This document shows, piece by piece, positions 1 through 12,362 of a stretch of DNA of 64,000 nt. The stretch covers positions 168,020,001-168,084,000 of the forward strand of contig NC_042998.1 of assembly GCF_006345805.1 (NCBI RefSeq), read 5' to 3'. This DNA comes from Octopus sinensis (taxonomy: Eukaryota). A program made the translations under genes and the position numbers. Position 1 is the stretch's first letter. Every line of letters begins with the position of its first letter. The notes beneath the pieces were generated by a model, which was not told where the DNA came from, searched no databases, and saw nothing but the letters and a program-made list of their open reading frames with translations.

Positions 1-1138
1 GGTACTTCAATCTCAGAACCACAAGCAGTGAGAGACCTGGGCATCAGCATGTGTAGTGGTGCATCATTTTACATGCACATTGTCAAGTTGGCAGCTAAAT
101 GCAGATAACTGGCAAGGTGGATACTGAGGACATTCAAAACAAGGAATCAAAAAGTCACGTTGACTCTATGGAAGACATTTGTTCTGAGCCACCTAGACTA
201 TTGCTCTCAGTTGTGGTCACCCGTCACTATACAAAAAAGATCGCCACAGTCTAGCAGATGAACTACAAGGAGCGACTGAAGGCAATAAGTTTCTACTCAC
301 TGGAGTACAGGCGTGAGAGATATGTAATAATTTACATATTAAAGACTCCGCCGGTTACGACGACGAGGGTCTCAGCTGATACGATCAACGGAACAGCTTG
401 CTCGTGAAATTAACGTGCAAATGGCTGAGCATTCCACAGACACGTGTACCCTTAACGTAGTTCTCGGGGATAATCAGCGTGACACAGAGAGTGACAAGGC
501 TGACCCTTTGAAATACAAGTACAACTCATTTTTGCCAGCTGAGTGGACTGGAGCAACGTGAAATAAAGTGTCTTGCTCAAGGACACAACGCGTCGCCGGG
601 AATCGAACTCACAACCTTACGATCATGAGCCGAATGCCCTAACCACTAAGCCACGCGCCCTCACAATAATTTACATCTAGAAAATACTGGAAGCACTGGT
701 ACCAAACTTTGGCATCAAATACTATACGAATGCCCGCACATGTCGCCAGTGCATAGTACCAAGGGTGCCATCCACTGTATCTCACATACGAACAAGGTAT
801 TGCAACAGCCTCGGTTTCAGAGGACGTAAGCTCTTTAATGGCCTGCCAAAACAATTGAGAGACCTGCAAGACATGGATGTAGAGGTCTTCAAAACAAAGC
901 TCGATACTTTTCTATCCACGATACCAGACGAACCGATGGCTCGAAATGAGACAGAGTTGAGGGCGGCGATGTCAAATTATCTTATACACCAGGTGTGCCC
1001 ACGATTGGACTACATCAGCTGGCGGAGAAGAGCCATGCAAGGAACGTGCAGAGAGCACAGCATAAGGAGGGAAAGCCATGGTGGTGCTCCTGCACGGTCG
1101 CATCCACTTGGCTGAACCGGATAAAACAAATAAAACAA

Positions 1139-1140
<2 letters not shown>
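1..1140 (+). mobile_element. CR1/L2-group LINE, 3' portion (C-terminal RT region and 3' UTR), degenerate, interrupted by a SINE
   Basis: Translates to VRDLGI..., KCRxLARWILRTF, LSHLDYCSQLW, RRERYVIIYIxKIL, RYCNSLGFRGRKLFNGLPKQLRDL, FKTKLDTFLSTIPDEP. It is colinear with the copy at 57155-58617 and ends in an (AAAAC/AAAT)-like tail. Confidence 0.9.
338..664 (-). mobile_element. tRNA-derived SINE (family A), full length, 12-bp target-site duplication
   Basis: The minus strand begins GTGAGGGCGCGTGGCTTAGTGGTTAGG...GAGTTCGATTCCC (A/B-box-like). TSD AATAATTTACAT at 326-337 and 665-676. Removing it rejoins the LINE (RRERYVIIYI*KILE). Confidence 0.92.
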
Positions 1141-1169
<29 letters not shown>

Positions 1170-1184
<15 letters not shown>

Positions 1185-1382
1185 AAGTGTGAGTGTGCGT
1201 GTCTATATATGTATATATATTATACATTCATGTATGATTATATTTATACACGTACACACACACACACATACACACACACTCTCTCTCTTCTCACGCTCCC
1301 ATTATCTTTATGATTATATATATATATATATACACCCCACACCACCCCCCCCACATACACACACACACCACACTATATATAT

Positions 1383-1430
<48 letters not shown>

Positions 1431-1860
1431 TATATTATATATATATATATGTATATATATATACATACATATATATACGTTATACTCATACACACACTCA
1501 CATACACACACTGACTCACACACACTGGCGCGTACATGGCTGGTATGTGTATGAAGGCATATGTATGTGAGTGTTTATTTTTTGTGAGTGGGTGCCTATG
1601 CAGAACATGACTGGACACGTTTGCAACCCACTTACATACCCTGTAACTTATAACGACATAAAACGTCTAACAATTTCGTCATAGACCAAATTTAGTTGAG
1701 AGCTGCGCAATTGATTTGTAGGATCGACTCAACATTGTAGCCGTTTTTTGAAGAAGCAATAGTTTGCAAACAAATATACACACGCACACACTCAACACAC
1801 ACACACAGACAGACTCACACAGTCTAGCACAGAGAAATGCGTGTGTATGTTGTATGTATG
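1170..1860. repeat. Unclassified microsatellite-studded repeat module, copy 1
   Basis: The core of about 270 bp (1505-1780) and flanking spacers align with 8100-8650 in the same orientation. Confidence 0.75.
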
Positions 1861-1918
1861 TATGTATGTATGTATGTATGATGTAGTATGTATGTATGTA
1901 TGTATGTGTATATGTGTG

Positions 1919-1963
<45 letters not shown>

Positions 1964-2040
1964 CACATACATAATACATACATACATACATACATACATA
2001 CATACTACATATATAGATATAATACAATATGTTACATTAC

Positions 2041-3785
2041 TCGGTAGTCAAGATAAAACTCTGAGTTTCAGATGCCGAAGTGGAATCCACAAACCCATCT
2101 CTTCGGTTATCTGGCTATTTGAAACGTTATGAAAAAATACCGTTAAAAATGAAGGGAAATTACTCTGTTATAACTCTGCTTTGCTTGCGTACTTATACAT
2201 CGCTCGCCTTTTTCGTCATAAAAATTATATAAAAATACATAAAAATATATAAAAATATATAAAAATATATAAATTCTTCTTGGGACATAACACACAGAAA
2301 GCATGTTCTATCCGTTTTCTTTAGGGGACCAAAAACGTAACAGAAATTAGTCACATGTGGGCATGATCCGAAAAGCTCTGTCCTTGTATTTAGACATGTG
2401 GTAGGGTCTAAGCTGCTTTTCCAGATAAGCCATCTCTCCATGTCGCATAAACCGCACCTTCCGCTGCCGTTAGTATAGGGCTTACATCTGGCCAAAATCT
2501 TCCATTGTATGTTATAATCGACACCTTTATCTCTTAAAGACCAAATATGATTGGATAATTGTGTCGCTTTTCTTTGTTCCAGTGCCTAAAGCTCAAAGTG
2601 TGGTTATTAAACCTGGCCTTGAAATTACCCTCTGTAAGGCCACGTATTTCTTCGTCGAAACGGTGTCTTTAGTGGTTATAGAGTTACGGTAGCTTCATAT
2701 ATGATGGTCTTGGACATGCAAGCTCCATTTAGCGGGCACAATTCTTTATTCCTGCGCGGAACAGCTGCTTTCTTCTTGTGTTTTTTGTATGTTATGATTG
2801 ATTATGTTTTTAAAATTGGTAGTTGAACTAAAACTAATTTTAAATTGTGTCTATTGAAGAGTTTCCTATAAGCATGGTTAACTGGAAAATGTCTATCTAT
2901 CAGTGCTAGGAAATATTTACCTATATTGAAGGCCACCTCGGGTGAGTAAGGGGGCGTACGTCAACCAGATGACCTTCCTATTTCTATTATTCCTTTTCCT
3001 TACTGTTGGGCTAGTGATAGGTGTATATTTTTATTTTTTCGCTAAAACCACTATCTGTTAAAGCTTATTATAAACTGGGGCAACGCTATTGAAGATGTCC
3101 TCATTAGATGAGAGGCTAGAAATCCTCTTACTAATATTTTTAACTAAATTTTGAATACTATAGGGGGATGGCATGAACCTACATTAATATAACTTAGTCT
3201 ATCATTGGGCTTCCTATAAGGCTTATAAATATTTTTATTAAGATCTAAGGAAACGTCTAAGAAATTGACAACCGTCAGGTTAGTGTCTATAGTTATACTA
3301 AGTCCGAAGTGTTTCATTAACTGGATAATATCCTTCCTAAAACGATCTTGTGTGGTCCATTTGTATTAGCTGTAAGGCGAGGGCATCATCTTTGTAGATG
3401 GCGAAATGTACGTTAGGGAATGTCTTACCGAAGGTATCTAGGAGAAAGAGTCCAATTAGATCACAGATGCCTGCCCCATCATATGAACCCATGCTCACAT
3501 CGAAAGTGCCCTCCGTGTCGTCGGTTGTTTTTACCCACTTTGCATTCTCACTGAAAAGTAATGTCTTTCTAGCATGGAGATTATATCCTATCATTGGTAC
3601 TAATTTCTATGAAGTCACTAGCGAAGATTAGGGCTTTATCTAGCAGTTCTTTAGAGATAGAGGCATAAAAATCAACAATATCGACAATTCGATATTTACG
3701 TACCCGTAACTTAGCGGTTCCGCAACGGTATCAATAGAGAAAGTGTCAAGTTTTAAAAAGGTACTCGCATCGATTCATTCAATTG
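2041..3785 (-). mobile_element. Penelope-like retroelement relic (RT + GIY-YIG endonuclease + 3' terminal repeat)
   Basis: Minus-strand motifs DIVDFYASISKELLDKAL, FDVSMGSYDGAGICDLIG, IYKDDALAL (RT). GIY-YIG-like IYEAT..KYVGLTEGNFKARFNNH (frameshifted) and CKPYTNGSGRCGLCDMER..LNTRTELFGSCPH. Many stops and frameshifts. A short SINE piece sits at about 3693-3745. Confidence 0.88.
2051..2112 (-). ncRNA. Type I hammerhead ribozyme-like motif (variant core CCGAAGA)
   Basis: Stem I AGATAA/TTATCT, core CCGAAGA, stem II GATG/CATC, GAAA, stem III ACTC-A-GAGT, triplet GUU. Lies at the 3' end of the Penelope relic. Confidence 0.6.
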
Positions 3786-4002
3786 AAAATTCTCAGAACG
3801 TAGTAATAATAATTGTTATTATTATTTCAAGACGCTACCCCAGCATGACCGCAGTCTACTGACGGAAACAAGCAAATGATAAAATGATATATATATATAT
3901 ATATATAGATATATATATCATATATATATATATATGTGATATATGTATGTATATATGTATATGTATATATATATTGCTACTACTATGTATATATATTGAA
4001 GG

Positions 4003-4033
<31 letters not shown>

Positions 4034-4425
4034 GCGCGTGCACGTGGTGTGTATGTATGTGTGTATGTATATATACATCCGTGTTGTAATATGAAAGGAT
4101 TATTTTAAATAATTATAAATAAAATAAAACCAAAGACGTAAATAGAATTAATACAGATATAACACTAAGTAAATAGTTTTCCATTCTAAATATTTGACAA
4201 CAGTGAAATTAAGCTATTAAAAGCGATAGTTTCTGAGAATAACTTCTAAACCGGTTTAAATCATTTCTACTTTTAATTTCGCTTTTCCCTATATTTGCCT
4301 GTCTAGCAGATACACAAATACACGTTCGAGACGTTGCTAATAAAACCACGGGTTTTCAGCACAACGAGAAAGCAGATTTTGTGAAAATGATATTCAATAG
4401 AGAACAACAACAACAAAAACAACAT

Positions 4426-4438
4426 AGTAATAATAATG

Positions 4439-4509
<71 letters not shown>

Positions 4510-4793
4510 CCTTTCTAATTGAAGTGCTAAGTCGATTGCATCGACTCCAGTGCGTAACTGGTATTTAATTAATCGACCCCGAAAGGATGAAAGGGAAAGT
4601 CGACCACGGTGCAATTTGAACTCAGAACGTAGTGATAATAATTATTATTATTTCAAATTTTTGCCACAAAGGCAGCTTGGGGGAGGTGGGGATGAGTCGA
4701 TTACATCGACCCCAGTGTTCAACTGGTACTTATTTTATCGACCCCGAATGGATGAAAGGGAACGTCAACCTCGGTGCAATTTGAACTCAGAAT

Positions 4794-4844
<51 letters not shown>

Positions 4845-4884
4845 ATGATAATAATAATGATAATAATAATAATAATAATAATAA

Positions 4885-4915
<31 letters not shown>

Positions 4916-4955
4916 AAGAAGAAGAAGAAGAAGAAGAAGAAGAAGAAGAAGAAAT
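4426..4955. repeat. (AAT)n and compound (AGT)n(AAT)n(AAG)n microsatellites flanking two truncated family C SINEs (4510-4800, minus strand)
   Basis: Read directly from the sequence. The SINE bodies contain CGACCCCGAAAGGATGAAAG...AATTTGAACTCAGAA. Confidence 0.85.
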
Positions 4956-5404
4956 GAAAGCATTAAGAGAAATCCGAGTTTAAATATGTCATACGTGAAT
5001 ACGTGCTGACACTCAGATATCAGTGTATGCTTGTGCGCATGATCCATAAGTGGGCGAGGAAAGGTACGTATGTGTAAGTGTGTGTACGTGCGTGTACATG
5101 TGTGTACACGTATGTGCATAGATGTATATGTATATGTGTGACGTTCGGTACATGAGTATACAAAGCGAGCTAGACCCGAGTGACAGGAGAGGAAAACATA
5201 CTGAAAATGAAAGTGGATAGATATTTCAAAGGTTATTAGAGGAGTATCGCCCAAAATATGTCACATAATTTCAAATACGCCCATATTTCATTGGAAAGAC
5301 GCATTATTATTGAGAATTCACTAACGAAATGCTTTAGCTATATACAAGTTATAAATTGCAACTATACAACTTTATACTTCCAATCACATATAGCTTCCTG
5401 GTAT

Positions 5405-6994
5405 GTATCATGTCCCGAAAAATGTATACATACATTAACAGCTGATAAGTCACTTAGTTTCAGTTTCTTTTACATTTAACCCATTTGATATAATCCTTTC
5501 TACTAAAGGAACAAAGCCTGAAATTTTGGGGAGGGGACTAGTCGATTAAATCGACCCCAGTGTCATCCTGAAAGGATGAAAGGCAAAATCGACCGCGGTA
5601 GAATTTGAACTCAAAACGTAAAGGTGAACGAAATGCTGCTTAGCATTTGTCCGGGGTGCTAACGATTCTGCCAGTCCGCCTCCCTTAGAGATAATAAGGG
5701 AGACTTGACCAAGCTTTAAACAAAAAAAAATGATTGTAAAATGCAACTGGAAGTTTGAAAACGCGATCGAAGTGCTAAGACAGTTTAGGAGGGAGTTTCA
5801 AACAGATCCACCGACATGACTTTCCCTCAATCGAATTTAGAGATAAATTTGAAGTAGATGAAACTGTTAAGAATGTCGACAAGAAACGTTCCGGAATGTC
5901 GCGGACATTAAAAAATCCCAGAAAGCAAGAAAGGGTACTAGTAAAGTACTGTCAGTGTTTTTTAAAAAAAGCCAAGAAAAACACATGTAGAAACGAATCG
6001 TGGGACAGAAATTTCAAAACAAAGTATCCATCGCATTTTGGGGTGCAGTCAATGGACAAGTTATATTCCAAAAATGAAGATGGTGCAGACCGAAGAGTGG
6101 AATTTTACATGTGGCACATGGGAAAATGTGTAGATGATGTTATGTTGTGGCTTATCATCAAAAGTATTAATATGACCCTTCGTTCTTGACTATACAATGA
6201 CTGGCCTATTTACTTGAACTTACTGCGACAATCGTGGAGGCGCGTAGCTTAGTAGTTAGGGTGTTGGATTCTTGACTGTAAAATTGTGGTTTCGATTCCT
6301 AGACCGGGCGATGCATTGTGTTCTCTAATCCACTCAGCTGGCAAAAATGTGTAATCCTGAAGCAAACCGGCGTCCCGTGCGGGTGGGGAATATACATCTC
6401 ATGGAAACCGGGAAGCTGATTCTATAAGTCTATATGACTCGGGAAGGAACTTCACCGTTTTTTTTTTTCTTTTTTATTATTGCGAGAATCTACTGTGCTA
6501 AGCATTAAAGAGGATACTAAAGTTGTAGTGTTTTATTTCCTGCAACTTGGGACAACCCATACTACTGGTCTAGCGAAAGAGCTTACCTTACCTTGATAAG
6601 ATTTTGTTACAAGATGACTGGGCGAAGAAATTCAATAGAATATTCTCCGCACTCATCAGACCTCACGCTACAAGACTATTTTATGGGGATACATAAAAGG
6701 CATAGCTTACGGCACACACTCAGAAACAGTCGACGAATTGAGGCAGCCCTTGAGCAAGAATGCGCACAAATACTGAACGAAATGTTTCTTGATATTTGCG
6801 ATTCTATTGCCTAGAATTGTCAGCATGGACGAAAATGGTCATATTTCTTAAAAACAAACATTGATAAAAAAAAATAGAAAAAGAAGAATGAAATCTATTC
6901 GTAAACCCTGTAAAATTTTCTAAACGAAACGTGTTTTGATAAACACTGACTTTATAATCAGTCAATGAGTGAATACATTTTTTGGGACACTGCA
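5405..6994 (+). mobile_element. Tc1/mariner-superfamily DNA transposon relic with nested SINEs
   Basis: Degenerate TIRs TGTCCCGAAAAATGTATACA (5411) and TGAATACATTTTTTGGGACA (6970-6989). Transposase remnants WKFENAIEVLRQFRREFQTDPPT, DKFE..TVKNVDKKRSG, GRRNSIEYSPHSSDLTLQDYF. SINEs inserted at about 5495-5688 and 6234-6455. Confidence 0.8.
6234..6455 (+). mobile_element. tRNA-derived SINE (family A-type head)
   Basis: GTGGAGGCGCGTAGCTTAGTAGTTAGGG...GGTTTCGATTCCT head, poly-T end. Confidence 0.75.
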
Positions 6995-7266
6995 GGGTGT
7001 GTCGCTCGACAAACTAGCAATTTCACAAATCCACCGCGCAGGTCTGCTGGTGTATTTGCCAAACACAAAAGGGTGAGTAATAAAGTCGATCCGGTAATGG
7101 TTGAATCCGTAAAGGTTTGAACTTAGAGTGAAGTGGGCTAAAAAATAATCCAGAAGAGCTCAAACGAATCTGTTAATTTCTTTACATAGACATATTCCAT
7201 AGTTCCGAGTTATTGAATATCTGCTTGCGATTAAATAAAACTGTATTGCGTTGGCCAGGCATGTTA

Positions 7267-7308
<42 letters not shown>

Positions 7309-7472
7309 TATAGTATATAAGGGCGATTGGGATCACGTGGATGAGAAAGGCGCGATCCATAGAGGAGTGGACAGCGTGCTGTGACCTGCGGTGTCAAATA
7401 GACGCCCGACGTACTGGTCGGTCAAGGTGTGATCGAGGTGATATATATATGTATATATATATATACATAACC

Positions 7473-7870
7473 GCAGGAGTGACTGTGTGTTAAGTAGCTT
7501 GCTTACCAACAACATAGTTCTGGGTTCAGTTAAACTGCGTGACACCTTTGGCAAGTGTCTTCCGCTATAGCCTCGGGCCGACTAAAGCTTTGTAAGTGGA
7601 TTTGGTGAACTGAAAGAAGACCGTCGTATATATGTATATATATATATATATATGTTTGTGTGTCTGTGTTTGTCCCCCGAACATCGCTTGACAACCGATG
7701 GCGGTGTGTTTACGTCCCCGTAACTTAGCGGTTCGGCAAAAGAGACCGATAGAATAAGTACTAGGGTTACAAAGAATAAGTCTTGGGGTCGATTTATTCG
7801 ACTAAAACGTGGTGCTCCAGCATGGCTGCAGTCAAATGACTGAAACAATTAAAAGTATAAAGGAATAAAA

Positions 7871-7874
<4 letters not shown>
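7473..7874 (+). mobile_element. tRNA-derived SINE (family B), full length
   Basis: Head GCAGGAGTG(G)CTGTGTG..TAAG, internal (TA)(TG) tract, tail GGTGCTCCAGCATGGC.GCAGTCAAATGACTGAAAC-(AAAAG)n. Matches more than 15 copies in the window. Confidence 0.9.
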
Positions 7875-7915
<41 letters not shown>

Positions 7916-8099
7916 TATAGCTATCTTTGCCTTTCATCCTTTCGGGGTAGATAAATAAAGTACCAGTTTCGCACTGGAGTCGATGTAATCGACTTAATCC
8001 CGTTGTCTGTCCTTGTTTGTCCCTTCTATGTTTAGCCCCTTGTGGACAATAAAGAAATATATATATATATACATACATACATGCATACATACGTATATA

Positions 8100-8581
8100 T
8101 ATGTGTGTGAGTGAGGATGTGTTTCTGTATACGTATATACATTATACATACGGGTATGATTATATTTATGGACATACACACATAGACATATACGTCTCTC
8201 CCTCTCTTTCTCTTTATGATCATATATATATATATATATATATATATACGTCATACTCACACACACACACACATTGACGCATGCATGGCTGGCATGTGAA
8301 TGAGGCCATATGTATGTGAGTGTTGATTAGTTATGTGTGGGTACCTATGTAGAACATGGTTGGACATGTCTGCTATCCGCTTACATACCCTGTAACCTGT
8401 GACAATAATACGCTTAACAATTTCGTCATAGATAAAAACGAGCTGAGAGCTGCGCAATAGATTTGTAAGATCAACTCAGCATTGTAGCAGTTTTCGAGGA
8501 AGAAATAGTTTGCAAACGAACAAATACACACACACATACACACACATACAGAGAGACAGAGAGAGAGACAGAGACAGCGAC

Positions 8582-8647
<66 letters not shown>

Positions 8648-8650
8648 TGT
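8100..8650. repeat. Unclassified microsatellite-studded repeat module, copy 2
   Basis: Aligns with 1170-1860 (shared CTTACATACCCTGTAAC, AACAATTTCGTCATAGA, GAGAGCTGCGCAAT, AATAGTTTGCAAAC). Confidence 0.75.
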
Positions 8651-8659
8651 GTATATTTT

Positions 8660-8710
8660 TTGTTATCTAGTTTCAGCTCACGAGCTGTGGCCAATATGGG
8701 GCACCGCCAT
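8660..8710 (-). mobile_element. Isolated ~50-bp 3' end of the CR1/L2-group LINE
   Basis: The minus strand reads GGCGGTGCCCCATATTGGCCACAGCTCGTGAGCTGAAACTAG, nearly identical to the LINE end at 58549-58590. Confidence 0.7.
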
Positions 8711-9003
8711 ATATATATAATTTAGAGGAAAACCTCTATTAAATAATTCAATAATGAAAGATGTTATTCATACCATATACATATATTATATATTGTGAAA
8801 TTTGATTTAAATTTGTAAAATTGAAATTTTCCCTGTAAGTTTTGGAATTATATGTCTATATATATATATATGTAAATATATATGTCTATATAAATACATA
8901 TATACATATATACATATATAAGAAAATCACACACATATATAGATATATAAATATATATAATATAATAATAATAATAACAATAAAAATAATAAAAATAATA
9001 AAA

Positions 9004-9063
<60 letters not shown>

Positions 9064-9074
9064 AATAATAATAT

Positions 9075-9141
<67 letters not shown>

Positions 9142-9149
9142 ATTTTTTA

Positions 9150-9291
9150 AAGCAGCAGAAAATTCAACACAAAATCTGTTACTCTGAGTTTCTCGTTGCC
9201 GTTCATCAGACAGTTTTTTCTAGCAAAAACTGTCTGATGAACGTCAACGAGAAACTCAGAGTAACAGATTTTTGTTGAATTTCTGCTGCTT
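9150..9291. repeat. Near-perfect palindrome (~70-bp arms) of Penelope-like terminal sequence carrying a hammerhead motif on each strand
   Basis: Arms 9150-9219 and 9225-9291 differ at about 3 positions. The element is bounded by (TA)n on both sides. Confidence 0.92.
9225..9273 (+). ncRNA. Type I hammerhead ribozyme motif (mirror copy on minus strand, ~9171-9219)
   Basis: AAAAACTGT-CTGATGA-ACGTCAACGA-GAAA-CTCAGAG-TA-ACAGATTTTT: stem I 4+5 bp, short stem II, quasi-palindromic stem III, GUA triplet. Confidence 0.7.
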
Positions 9292-9367
9292 AATAAAGCA
9301 TATTACTCTACCACTGGGATTGAGTACTCTTTTCCACCTTGTTTCCACATTTATGTTGTTTTACTCC

Positions 9368-9410
<43 letters not shown>

Positions 9411-9639
9411 ATATGCCGTAATAACCTTTGTTAGTCTACGAATGATATTTTTTATCATACAAATGTTCTTGTAATAAGGAACATTTTAATATTAAACTGG
9501 TTAATTTACACCGCACTACTTTTAGTCAGCATCTACTTATTGTACCTTTACAAGAATCGGATTGAAGAAGAATGTGAAATCCGACGAAATGTAGCAGCCC
9601 GAAACTTCAATGTCACAGTCACCCCTTCGTCATTGGGAT

Positions 9640-10060
9640 TCGCACCTCCCAATCCACAGCTACCTTAATGAATCCTCTGCAGCCAACTTGATGGCTTCTG
9701 TTATACTCTTTGAGATCCAGCGTGTTCTAAGTTCTGCAGTGGGACAGGTTTGCAAATCTAACATTTCACCCCGATGTAACTACGAGATGGAATGCTGAAG
9801 ATTTCGTGCATTTTGCTATAAGCAAGCAATGGGCAGCAATCCATTGCTTTGCTTATAGCATCTCCAGTTTAGCATATATCCTTCTTTTACTCTCATTTGC
9901 CTCCTCGGTATTTTTCATCTACAGAACTGAGATTTCTATCTGAACCAGCTGCTTCTGAGATGAGCACCATGTCCTACCTGTGTGATGTTGAAGTGATAGT
10001 TCTCTGGGAATTTCATCTGTGGCCCAATGTCAACTTTCGGATCTCCGACATTTATTGTTG
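9640..10060 (-). mobile_element. HERO-like restriction-endonuclease LINE, 3' fragment
   Basis: Frameshifted QMKFPENY.., DMVLISEA, QLVQIEISV..NTEEANESKRRIYAKLE, ITEAIKLAAEDSLRxLWI, resembling the PD-(D/E)xK domain and C-terminus of HERO/NeSL-type elements. Confidence 0.6.
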
Positions 10061-10514
10061 GAAGCAGATCTAACGCTACACATGTGTATTAGATTCATAT
10101 AATATTTTTGCAAATTCCTAGATACAAAATTATTTGTCGAAACAAACGTATCTATGGAGGTTATTTTTCTATTGACTCTGTGTTTTGTACTAGCAAGAAC
10201 GACTGAACCAAAAATGACCGAATCAAGATAAAACACTCATACACAAATGCACAAATACAAAGACACACACGCACACATACATACTTATGTATGTTTGTAC
10301 GTATGTACATACATGCATGCATGTATGTATGTATGTATGTATGTATGTACGTATGTATGTACGTATGTACGTACGTAGGTGCGTATGTATATATGAATGT
10401 ATAGATAGATGGATGGATGGATGAATGTATGCATTTATGCATGTAAGTATGCATGTATGCATGCCTGCATGTATGCATATATGTATGTTTGTATGTATGT
10501 ACGTATGTATGTCG

Positions 10515-11525
10515 TTATTCAGTTTATTTCAAAATTTCATGCCAATAGAGAAAGAACCGGTTTCTAACCTAGATTCCTTCATTGGAATTTCAACATCAAC
10601 AACAGGGTGTTTTTGTTTGTATTTATGTATGTATGTATGTACGTATATATGTATGTATGCCTGCATGCATGTATGTATATATGTATGTATGTAAGCATGT
10701 ATGTATGCATGTGCAGATTTGTATGTTTTATCTATGTATTCTCATGCATATAGTTACATATCTAGACATGCTCATATATATTTAAATGATAATCTTCTGG
10801 AAAGTTTTACAAATTGTTACAGTACCAGTGATGGATTGGATCTGTAGTCTTCGAATTAGCTTTCTAGTTTTGAGAAGCCAATTGGTATTTAGGCAATGTG
10901 TTGCATATCCTAGGGCCCCAATAATTACAGGTATAAACCTGAACTTGTAATCTGGGTAGAGTAACTGTAGATTTCTCAATAGTTCTGTATAGGTGTTCTC
11001 TTTTTCACTGCAGCTTTATGTTAACATCCACTGGGCAGCTAATTTCCACAACTGTGCACAGTTTCTTTTCTCTATCCCAAATCATTATATCATGTTATCA
11101 GTACTTACATTTTATTGAGGGCTTCACTGGTACATTCCACCAGTATTCCTTTTCATTATGAGTAGCTATGGGTTTTTATTTCTTTGTCCTCGGGATTATC
11201 CTTCCGACGGATTTCATTATAGAGTGTCCTAGTTACATCATGTCTCATCGGTAGATAATACTGTGATGACATTTTCAGACAACTGCTTATGATGTGGGTG
11301 ATATCTTCAGTGTGAAGTTCACAAAATCTGCACCGGTTCTTACATTTTACTGCTTTTCATGCATCTGTATCCCCTTTTGGGCATCAGGTACTTGGTTGAT
11401 ATTTACTATTCCTGGATTGCAAACGTATACCCTTCAAAGATGGAGGTAGTATTCCGGCTATTGGTTCATGATAAACTGCTTTGATGATCAATGTTACTAT
11501 CATCACAGAGCTTTCTACTAACATA
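10515..11525 (-). mobile_element. R4/Dong-like LINE, 5'-truncated ~1-kb copy within (TACA)n
   Basis: FEGYTFAIQE..ISTKYL, CRFCELHTEDITHIISSC (CCHC), RHDV, DNMIMIWDREKKLCTVVEISCP, FRFIPVIIGALGY, with the stop at 10782-10784. The 3' UTR has an internal TACA tract. Flanked by (TATG)n on both sides. Confidence 0.85.
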
Positions 11526-11607
11526 TCCATGTATGTATGTATGTATGTATGTATGTATGTATGTATGTAGTATGTATGTATGTATGTATGAATGTATGTA
11601 TGTATGT

Positions 11608-12050
11608 CATTATTCAGTTTTATTTCAAGATTTCTTACCAATAGAGAAATAACAGGTTTCTAACCTAGATCCAAGGTTTCTTCATTGGAATTTCAACATT
11701 AACAACAGGCTATTTTTGTTTATATGTATGTATATATGTAAGTATATATGTATGTATATATGTATGTATATATGTATGTATGTATGTATGTGTATGTATG
11801 TATGTATGTGGATGTATGTATGTATGTAGTTATGTATTATTGTATGTATGTATGATGTATGTATGTATGTATGTGCAGATTGTATGTTTTATGTATGTAT
11901 TCTCATGCATATAGCTGCAATCTAGACATGGTCATATATATTTAAATGATAAATTCTGGAAAGTTTTACAGATTTTTACAATTCCAGTGATGGATTGGAT
12001 CTATTGTCCTCGATTAGGACTTCTCTTCTCTGGTTTTCAGGAAGCCTTGA
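11608..12050 (-). mobile_element. Second, shorter R4/Dong-like 3' copy within (TACA)n
   Basis: Same ORF end and 3' UTR as 10515-10870. Flanked by (TATG)n. Confidence 0.85.
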
Positions 12051-12362
12051 TTGTATGTATGTATGTATGTATGATGTATGTATGTATGTATGAGTATGTA
12101 TGTGTATGTATGTATGTGTGTGTGTATTATGTATGTATGTAATGTATAATGTATGTGTATGTATGTATGTATGTATGTATGTATGTAGTATGTATGTATG
12201 TATGTATATGTGTATGTATGTGTGTATGTATGTATGTATGTATAAAAAAAGAGATTGCAAAGGATTAAATGATTATCTTATGTACCTTATAAGCTTATAG
12301 TTGTTTCCACTAAAAGTTACGGTGGGCTAAATATATATGCACTTAAATATATATGCACATAA

